A stretch of 63,456 nucleotides of DNA, counting the filler, from Licmophora abbreviata (taxonomy: Eukaryota), in NCBI GenBank assembly GCA_900291995.1. It is 9 parts of 9 records of this genome, joined end to end, with 100 filler letters (N's around TTAATTAATTAA, not from the genome) between each part and the next. Parts side by side here need not be neighbours in the genome. Positions count along the whole stretch, not along the records: positions 54,374 to 56,573 come from OLMU01000007.1; positions 56,674 to 59,532 come from OLMU01000008.1; positions 59,633 to 63,456 come from OLMU01000016.1; 6 more parts are not named here. The stretch is one strand, 5' to 3'. The notes beneath the pieces were generated by a model. It worked only from the letters and a program-made list of their open reading frames with translations, made no database searches and was not told the DNA's origin. Made by a program: the position numbers and the translations under genes. This document shows, piece after piece, positions 55,101 through 63,456 of this stretch. Numbering within the stretch: the first letter of the stretch is position 1; every line of letters starts with the position of its first letter.

Positions 55101-57721
55101 GCATCATTGATAACGCGACGCCAATGGTGTCTGGGCGAGAGATTCTCGCGGCGCATTTCGACAGACTTATGTTCGAGTTCTCACAAAACCGTGAGGGGTA
55201 TCACGAGTACGAGTTAAGGTTGATGTCCTTGCAGGTTGATAATCACGTGCACAAGTCGATTCACCCCGTCCTGGTAAGTACCGGGTGTTGCTGAATCTAT
55301 GTAGGGATCATTGCGACCCTCTGCTTCTTTTCTTACGTGCTGTTATGTCAGATCTTTTGCCCGAGACCTGATGAAACTGAACCTCTTGTTCACATGTCGG
55401 CGGTGAGACGACTTCAGCCCCACGGCTCTACCTTCGTGTTTCGGTATGCCGCAGTGCGAATACTAGAGATTGACATTTTCCTGGACAGAAGGTCAGTCGA
55501 CAGCGAACGGCACGCATTGTACCTACGCATTGCCTCACGTCTGCGCTTCTTACGATTCTTATTGTCAGAACGGCGGAAACGATAGCCAGATTCGTCCGAC
55601 CACTGGGCAGAGAACGGGCAGTTGTACAGGAAGATCCAAATCTATGGGTTCGACGTGTGACTAGTTCTATGGCCCGCCAGTTCGCTAGGCCCGACCGACG
55701 GGCGCCCCGAGACATCGAGCAAATGATCCAGACTGCAAATGCTGGTCGCATATATTTCGAGCAGCTCCATCTCCACCCCGTTCGACTCGCCCTCACCTTC
55801 ACTCAGGAATGGATGGAATGGAATCCCGGCGCGGAAAGTATCATGATATTCCAATTTATTCGTGGGATGGCGAGTATCGCCAATGCTCCGCTTACGTTCA
55901 ATTCATTTGTTGTAGCTCACGCATTTGAGTCGCCGCATGCGTTGCTACGAATTGTTGCTACGCACTACTCTTCACAATTGACAAAACAGATTTTTGGCAT
56001 CCTTGGGAGTTTGGCTATTCTTGGAGCACCCGCTGACTTTATATCGAACGTCGGTACTGGAGTGCGGGACTTCTTTTATGAGCCCATCAACGGCCTGGTA
56101 CACGGCCCAGCCCAATTTATTGAAGGACTGGAAGCCGGTACCCAGAGTCTTGCTCGAGGGGTGTTTGTCGGCGTCGTGCGTGGTGCTGCCAACGTAACTG
56201 AAGTTGTGAATGCTAATCTCGCCGAGCTGACTGCGGATGACAACTTCATCGACGAGCGAAAAGCTCACCAACGCATGCTGACCGACGCGATGAGTCGCGG
56301 CGTGACGAGACGATCTATACGGGATTCCTTGTATCTCGCTGGAAGTAGTGTCGCCCGTGGTGTCAAGTCAGGAGCAGTCGGAATAATGGAACAGCCTGCC
56401 ATGTACGCGTCCAAACACGGGCCTGTCGGTTTCGTCAAGGGTGTAGGCAAGGCAGTGGTTGGAGCATTCTTAAAGCCCGTCGTCGGGGTCGGGGACGCCG
56501 CTGTCTTGGTGATGAATCATGTCTCAGATTCCACAAGCGACAAGAAACTCATCCCTAAGATCCCGAAGCGACTNNNNNNNNNNNNNNNNNNNNNNNNNNN
56601 NNNNNNNNNNNNNNNNNTTAATTAATTAANNNNNNNNNNNNNNNNNNNNNNNNNNNNNNNNNNNNNNNNNNNNCGTCGTGCCCTCCCCCGAATGTCTGCT
56701 GTAAAAGCCTCACAGCGTGCAACTCTCACCCTACGACGATCGCGCCGCCAAGGCCCAAAAAATAGTCACAGGGGGAGAGAGCGTTGATGACGTCTACATC
56801 GGACACGTCAACATCCCGAGCCACCTCATTATCGCAAGTGAGCAGTGCTTGTGGGCCATTGACCGTCGGTCGAGAGAACCATGGTGTGTCAGCTGGGAGG
56901 AGATCAGCCACTTTGGCATGCTCGACACGAGCACGTTACGAATCACCGTCTTCAGTCAGTCTGGTCTCAAGAGCTACGTGTTCAACGTCACTGACCCCGT
57001 TGAGCTGTCCGAGTTTAATCACCTCTTGTCTATGCAGATTGCCAAGATGGGCAACGCGTCCAGCAATGCTGATGTGCTTGGTACATCTCTTTTTGATGGC
57101 GACCTCGAGAACTTGTCAAAATACGACATTCCCGGAATCAAGGTTCGCCAGGAAGACTATGTCTTTGGCAGTTGCAACAAGACACGCAAGCGCTTGAACA
57201 GCACCATAAAAGATGAAATTGACGTGATAGAACAGTGTTTTGGTCGCGTCAAGAAGTTGGGTAGCGAATCACCCAGGTTCTTCAAGAAACTCGACGAAGA
57301 GGCTTGGAATTTGGTCAATTCATGGGGCCAGGTGTTTTCAGCCTTGTCCTCACGACGCTGCATCGTCGCCAGTATCATCAATGGCACTGGCAAGGACATT
57401 CAAATCAAGTCGACGAAGCTGGTAGAGGGTGGATCTCAATGCTACTCGATTCCCTCCAAGGAGTATGACGCGGAACAAGGTGTACTGCATCCCGGGGGAG
57501 CAATTCTCTTTTTTGCATGGGGTGTCCTTCCAAGCTTGCTACAGGCGGGCAACGTCTTCATGAATATTGAAACAAATGCATTTGTCAGCGAACTGTCAGA
57601 TCAAAAAGGTCGTTTTACAGTGGCCGAGGCGCTGTCGGGCTATCAGGTTGGATTCTTGGAGAAGAGCTATGATGAGAGTGGATGGTGGGCCAAGTACTGG
57701 CTGCTGGTGCGACGAGCCTAG
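46147..57721 (+). CDS. VPS13: VPS13-family bridge-like lipid transfer protein (roughly 3,500 aa), multi-exon, interrupted by two linkers
   Basis: Exons 46147..46171, 46547..47750, 47828..50397, 50478..51397, 51471..54273 / 54387..55273, 55352..55491, 55569..56573 / 56674..57721. Chorein-N (VLEDVIGEYILNISKDNLKI...GKMKLENV), WWKYAI, WEYAVEP, VAB repeats (TKLITLFPRYQIVN), LQVDN, IYFEQLHLHPV, GVRDFFYEP, GVGKAVVG...KPVVG. Confidence 0.9.
54274..54373. other. Artificial linker between overlapping contig ends (13-bp overlap)
   Basis: tccaagcccatgg occurs on both sides (54261..54273 and 54374..54386). Confidence 0.95.
56574..56673. other. Artificial scaffold linker inside VPS13
   Basis: N44-TTAATTAATTAA-N44; the protein appears to read PKR(L)/RRALPR across it. 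Confidence 0.97.
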
Positions 57722-58084
57722 ACCGATATCTGTGAACTGCAATGTACATTAGAGCAAGTAACTAACCTACTGTAAGATTATGATAGGATGTACCGTGCCA
57801 GGTATGTTTGGATGATATACCAGTACTTGTTGTACCCGATACAACGTGGAATGATGGGCAAGGTATGAACGAGAGTGAGTCAAGTCCAGTCGAGAGTCAT
57901 CTGTCAGTACTGTCTCTAACGAGTCGAGTGACTCGACTGACGGGAAGAGAGCGGAGCACATGCGGGAACACAAAGTCGAACCCGACTATGGTGCCACGGC
58001 GCCATCCCGCCTTGACTCTTTCCCCCTCACAGCGGCAGAAATCTGAGCAAACAGAAGCGCATCTCTGAAACTAATACCATTCCC

Positions 58085-59532
58085 ATGAGGGTCATGACTG
58101 AATCTATGATGTCTCTCATCACCTTTTTTGTCGTGCTGACGAGTATCGGGCCACATTCTGTTGCTCAGGCCTTTTCTGGAACTCACGGAACTTCGCCCAC
58201 GGGAGAGGCGCAATCTTACCAGGCCCAGAGTCGTCGAACATCGACGACAGATCTCAGAGCGCGACGATGGAGTAGTCGAAAGTACTACGATGAACACGAC
58301 GAAGATGGCCGCGAACGAGAGCGATCTATGGATCGACCGACCCTTCCTCTGACAGAAACGCTGGGCGGGCCTGTGCTGCCGTCCAAGCCCAAGATAGTCG
58401 TTTTGGGGGCATCGGGGAAGATTGGGAGTCAAGTTGTAAAGCAGTTAATGGAAATGTCGGAACTGGATGCAACCATTGTGGCCTTTGTCCGCGACTACGA
58501 TAAGGCTTGTCGTGTGTTATACGACGATGTCTATGTCATGGCGAAAGGAAAGAGGAGGGGGCCGCAGCTACAGATTGTCGTGGGAGACCTGGTACCGGAC
58601 GAAGAGCTGCCAGGATTCGAAGATGAGGATGAGGAGCTGTGGCTACAGACTGCGCAGTCGGCTGCTTCCTTTTACAAGAATCAAGTGGCGGATTACGACA
58701 ATAGAGACGCACTTGTGGCAATCGACGTCAATGAAGCATTGCGGGATGCAATTAGAGGTTGCACAACCATCATCAGCTGTGTGGGATCGGTGCGACCAAC
58801 CAACTTGTGGTCAGATTTCATTTCTCGACCACTGTTGCGTTTGTTTCGCAAAGATGTCAGCGGCTGGTGCCAAGACAAGCGCCACCCTTATTATGTACAC
58901 TATGCTAGTACTCGTAAGGTGGTGGGATTCGCCGAACGAGAGCAGCTACGGCGCGAGGCTATTGCCGAGGCGCTCCTGGAGGACGGGATGGAGGATGTCG
59001 CAGCGCAGATACCTCGGATTCGTATTGTGCGCATCTCGGACCTATGCGTGGCGCTGAAGCCATGGGCGCTTGTACCAGTTTTGACGAATTCTCTGAATTC
59101 GATGGTATTTCGGTACCAAGATATGACTGAGCGTTTGCTGGAGGAAAGCTCATTGCTGGATTCGGTAGTTCTTCGGCCAGGAGACTTGGTAGATGACGAA
59201 CGAGTACGTTGAGATATTCGGTACGATTCCGTCCTGTACAGAGGAAACACATTTTCTAATGTTCTGTTTGTGTTTTCGCTTTCAGGATGTCAATACCACG
59301 TCCTTGCAGGTAGACCCCAGCGGCAAAGTTCCGTGCCCGGCTCGCGTGGGAAGAGAGGATGTGGCAGCGCTGGCCGTGGCAGCTTCTCTGTTTCATTCGT
59401 CAAACGCGACCGAGACAGGAAAGTCGAGGGAGCGTTTCGACAATACTCCGCGTCCACCACTGCATCTGAAGCTAGGCATTCGTTGGGCGGGCAGGGACCT
59501 AGAACCATATCCAGAACAAGGGCATCGCAACG
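58085..59532 (+). CDS. Probable plastid NAD(P)-binding atypical SDR (NmrA/Tic62-like), 3'-truncated
   Basis: join(58085..59203,59286..>59532); presequence ...AQA-FSG; IVVLGASGKIGSQVV, AFVRD, IISCVG, VLRPGDL, VGREDVA. Confidence 0.78.
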
Positions 59533-59632
59533 NNNNNNNNNNNNNNNNNNNNNNNNNNNNNNNNNNNNNNNNNNNNTTAATTAATTAANNNNNNNNNNNN
59601 NNNNNNNNNNNNNNNNNNNNNNNNNNNNNNNN
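59533..59632. other. Artificial scaffold linker
   Basis: N44-TTAATTAATTAA-N44. Confidence 0.98.
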
Positions 59633-61638
59633 ACACGAGTGACTTGACACTTCTTGACGACGACGAAGACGATTTTCGTCTCATTCCCAGTGACCTGGCA
59701 GAGAAAAGTCGCGACACGCCTTTTGATTGGCGCGAGGCGGAGAGCGTCTACGTCTTTACCAAAGAGAAGGGTCTCTCGTCTCCCATACAAATCCGACCTG
59801 TGTTCAAACGCTTTACACAAGAAAATTCTCCTCCGACACTGTACAACCATGGCTTTGAGAACATGGACTCGGTCGGGGCCTTGTATTCAAGAGCGTCATC
59901 TCATATATTCGGAGACTGGAACGCGTGTGGCAAAGTCATGGGTCTGGCGCCGTGGAAGGCACACGAATGGACAGCCGAGAGGAATGGAGGAGAGATCAGC
60001 TTGAAACCAAATCTCCATCGCGATAAAGCTATAATGTGGGGAAAGTTGTATTCGGAAAAGCCCGAGGAGGCATTTCAGGTCGATCGCAGTTTGCTCTCGG
60101 GGACACCGTACATCACCCGCAGTGACCCTGACCTGTACGATGAGAATATGGCCCAAAAGAGACGATACGACTTTGACGACAACGAATATGTTCCCATGTA
60201 TGGGGAGAGTGACAACACTGATGAAGAGGACGAACGGAGACTACCCGCCAAGGTGGCTCTCGATGCCGTGGCGTTGGCGGATCGTATTCAAGTCGATTTG
60301 GAAGAGGTTGTCATGGATTTTGTCAAACATTTTAAAGACGAAACCGGACAAACAAATCTGTGTTTGGCCGGCGGAGTGGCTCTCAACTCTGTGTTGAACG
60401 GCCGCCTTTCGAGGGAGCTTGGATTCGAGCAAACCTTCATCCCACCGTATCCTGGGGACGACGGTATTGCGGTGGGCTGTTGTGCGTTTGGACTATTTGG
60501 CAAATTGCGGAGCAGCAGTGCGACTTTGGAATCGGCTACCACATCTCCACCAACCATGTGGAAGACTCCTCTGTCTCCATATCTGGGTCCTGAACCTACA
60601 GAGTCTGAAATCAAACAAGCCATAAATGAGGCCCTACCATGGATCGAGTTCGACTCGGTTCGTAACCTTGACCGTCGCTTGGAAATTATGGCTCAAGAGA
60701 TAGAATCGGGAGGTGTCATTGCATGGTATCACGGCCGATCCGAGATGGGCCCCCGTGCTCTAGGCCATCGAAGTATACTAGCAGACCCTCGCAAGAAGGG
60801 TCTCGTTCGATTCATAAATGAGCACGTCAAGAAGCGGGAAAGCTTCCGGCCCTTTGCTCCGAGTGTCCTGGAGGAAGAGGCGGCGGACTGGTTTGACGAT
60901 GTACAGAAAACGAACGTCAGTCCCTACATGAGTCTTACTGCCCATGTTAAGGAATCAAAACGTGCCGAAATACCCGCGGTTACCCATGTCGACGGCTCCT
61001 CGAGACTTCAGACTGTCACCAGGGATGAAGAACCGCTCTATCACAAGCTTATCAGTACATTCTTCCAGAGGACTGGCATCCCAATGGTCCTCAACACATC
61101 CTTCAACACATTACCCGGAGAACCGATTGTGGAGAGTCCTCACGATGCGATCCGGAGTTTTCTCTGCAGTATGGGATCTGTTGAAATGTTAGTCATGGGA
61201 GACTACGTAATCAAGCGCAAACAAGCCAATCTCCGGCGACTGCTGGGAGAAGTCGACAAGGACAGTGACGCGGTCACCCACGAGCCCGCTCGTCCCAAAC
61301 GAACTGGGACAGTCTCCTTTGAAAGCAGCTTTTCCCTTCCAAAAGGACCTAGTGGAGTAGGAGGAGGAGGAGAAGACGATGTCGTGACTGCCACGCGAGT
61401 TCGAATGCCAGCGCGACCCATGCACAATGAGCGGAACGAGTGGTTTGACCTCCAAGACGAACTTGAAGGAGAACTGCTGTCTATCTGCGATGGTACCAAC
61501 CAACTCAACGACATTCTTGGAGAGTATAGCGCCACTCCAGAAGAGGAATCAATAGACGTCGAAAACACGGAGGCCTTGCTCAACACCATTGTCAGCCGTC
61601 TGGTACGACTCTACGAGCACACCTTGATTAGTTGGTAG
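59633..61638 (+). CDS. O-carbamoyltransferase, NodU/CmcH/TobZ family (5'-truncated)
   Basis: SVGALYS, CGKVMGLAPW, NLCLAGGVALNSVLNG, PPYPGDDGIAVG, PYLGP, GRSEMGPRALGHRSILADPR, KKRESFRPFAPSVL, PAVTHVDGSSRLQTV, MVLNTSFN...EPIVESP. Confidence 0.92.
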
Positions 61639-61696
61639 ACTACTAGTAGTAAAAAACTTGACACACTGCTACTACAGCTACGTTTTCATTCTTGCA

Positions 61697-62524
61697 TTAC
61701 CGCACCAGCCCAAGAGTCTTGACCACCTTGCGATAAGACTCAAAGTCCTTTCGTTCCATGTAGTCCAATACTTTGCGGCGTCGAACATACAAGGCATCGA
61801 GACCGCGCTTGCCCGAAAAGTCCTTTTTGTGCGTTCGAAAGTGAGTCTGCAACTGCTGAATGCGAGTCGTCAATGCAATGACTAAAGGAGTGTTTTTGAG
61901 AATAGAAAGAGATAAGAAATGGGTCAACAAAAGTACCTTTAAACACACTAATAAACAAGACACAATCTTTACATTTGACATCTCACCTTGCACAGCACTA
62001 GAGCCAGTATCCCCTTCCCTCATTTGAAAGAGCTCCATCCCCCGCTGCTTCTGCGCTTTGATAACTTCATACTGATTCCCATTCGTCAATTCAAACAATC
62101 GCTTGACACGTTCACTCATCTTCAGTCCCTCCATATGGAACCTCATGGGCTCCTCCTGTTGCGCAGCCATGCGCGCTTTCAATTCCTCCGACATATTCTG
62201 CTCCGCCGCTCGCGCTTGCGCCAATCGTTCCTCCTTGGGAATCGCATTCTTGACAAGTTCCTGTGTAGTAGGGTCGATGTAGTTGGGAGGTTTGGGAGGA
62301 AAGATGCCACGTGCAGCGAGTGCCGATTTGGTACGTTTCTTGGCCAATCGGCGGCGTTTCGTCTTGGTCATTTTGAAGCGCCATTGTTGGAAATTAGAAA
62401 TAGTATTACTTGTCGTTGTCGTTGTTGTTGTTGCAGGAAGTAAGGATGGGAAAGAAGCACGTGACGATATTGGTGTAATCAGAAAAGCCGATCGGGCAAA
62501 CCGAGACGCCAGAGAGGCCATCAT
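61697..62524 (-). CDS. MRPS15: Mitochondrial ribosomal protein uS15m, 2 exons
   Basis: complement(join(61697..61881,61987..62524)); Arg/Ser/Thr-rich presequence; [36 protein letters not shown]...[13 protein letters not shown]. Confidence 0.9.
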   Translation of the reverse strand: [275 protein letters not shown]

Positions 62525-62836
62525 GGTCGCGACTCTCATCCAAACGTGTGTGTGTGTGTGTGGCAACATACCATCGCGCATCCAAACAGATTGCGAGTGG
62601 ACGGGCAGACGTTGCCTTGCAGACGCGCGACTGAAAGACGAGGTACTCGTACAAACTTCAAAGATGAAACATTCTGAATTTGTAGCGGGCCGTCGTCATC
62701 ATCGTCCTTCCACACTTCTTCGATGCTGATGGTCGATGGCTTCTTTTGTTTTTTGCTTTTTCATTCTTCTCTTGGCTCCTGAGGATGTGTTGAAGTCTCT
62801 TCTTGATCACGGTCAGACTGAAATACAATCTAGATC

Positions 62837-63456
62837 ATGTCGGAAGAGTCCAGTGACGATGAATTAGTCACACTGCAACACGCTCATTTTGATCCTAATG
62901 GTCCATCATCCGCAGCAGCAGCAGTGACACACCACCAACAGCCTACAAGTACCACTTTGAATGATAGTACCGATAATGCTATGCATCCTCCTCTCATCAT
63001 CATTACCCATCCACAGTGGCCGAGACACTCTTGGCCTTTGCCAAGGATCATCGCTACGTCCTGCATTGTCAGTCCTTACTAAAGCAGATACTAGCGTCTT
63101 CCTCCTACGATGAGTCGGAGACGTTTTGGGCAGCATGCTTGCTCTACTACACTACGACGACAGCACGTACGAACCGAACACTGGGCATGGAGTATTGTGG
63201 ATTGCAATACCATCACTCGAATTGCAATACTCCTACTGCAGTGTTTCAATCAGGACAATGCCGTACTGGGATGGTGCTTGCGAAACGACTCTTACTTTCC
63301 GCCAGTTGGATGATTCTTGTACGACAGGTTTGGAACAAGCGACGACAACGACAAATTACACCATCATCAACAACATTCGCATCACGCTCTGAGTTAGTAT
63401 TACGAGGACAGGCCCGACGAGACTTTCATGTGCAACAGCAACACGCCATGTTGGAG
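62837..63456 (+). CDS. PEX10: Peroxin PEX10-like (Pex2/Pex12 N-terminal domain), 5' part; runs off the window
   Basis: Not in the ORF track. A frame open from 62977 to the window end reads AETLLAFAKDHRYV...CLLYYTTTTARTNRTLGMEYCGL (compare PEX10 QKD..Y..LY..LT....RTLGEEY). It joins ATG 62837 through a plausible intron 62949..63016, or through a 1-nt indel. Confidence 0.6.

Noticed and set aside
62546..62562. (GT)n tract, and (AG)n at about 40089-40103
   Set aside because: Ordinary short microsatellites near gene 5' ends.

Overview
Gene-dense eukaryotic nuclear DNA, almost certainly a diatom. Evidence: ASAFAP-type plastid presequences, mostly ~70-120 bp GT-AG introns, a diatom-type cyclin, a CRTISO-like enzyme and a division-2 chitin synthase. 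The window is a scaffold of nine contigs joined by eight artificial 100-bp linkers (N44-TTAATTAATTAA-N44); three linkers sit between overlapping contig ends. I reconstructed about 29 protein-coding genes by hand-splicing: SIRT6, a PIS-like transferase, PCID2, a parvulin, CRTISO-like, cyclin, a two-domain oxidoreductase, a mu-homology protein, Myb, NAP1, MOCS2B, TRM7, UreD-UreF, IPK, a secreted Lys/Gly-rich protein, NHX, eEF3-like, DeSI, NASP, RPB9, GT92-like, chitin synthase, VPS13, an NAD(P)-binding protein, a NodU/CmcH carbamoyltransferase, uS15m, PEX10 and three unknowns. I saw no tRNA, rRNA, transposase or CRISPR. Most notable: (1) a spliced, secreted KGSK-rich protein missed by the ORF track, in an AT-rich-flanked 1.8-kb segment bracketed by a perfect 22-bp inverted repeat; (2) a single-ORF UreD-UreF fusion created by splicing; (3) a candidate intronic C/D snoRNA in the DeSI gene; (4) an eEF3 lacking the HEAT domain; (5) two recurrent promoter motif families. 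All family calls come from motif recognition, not database searches.
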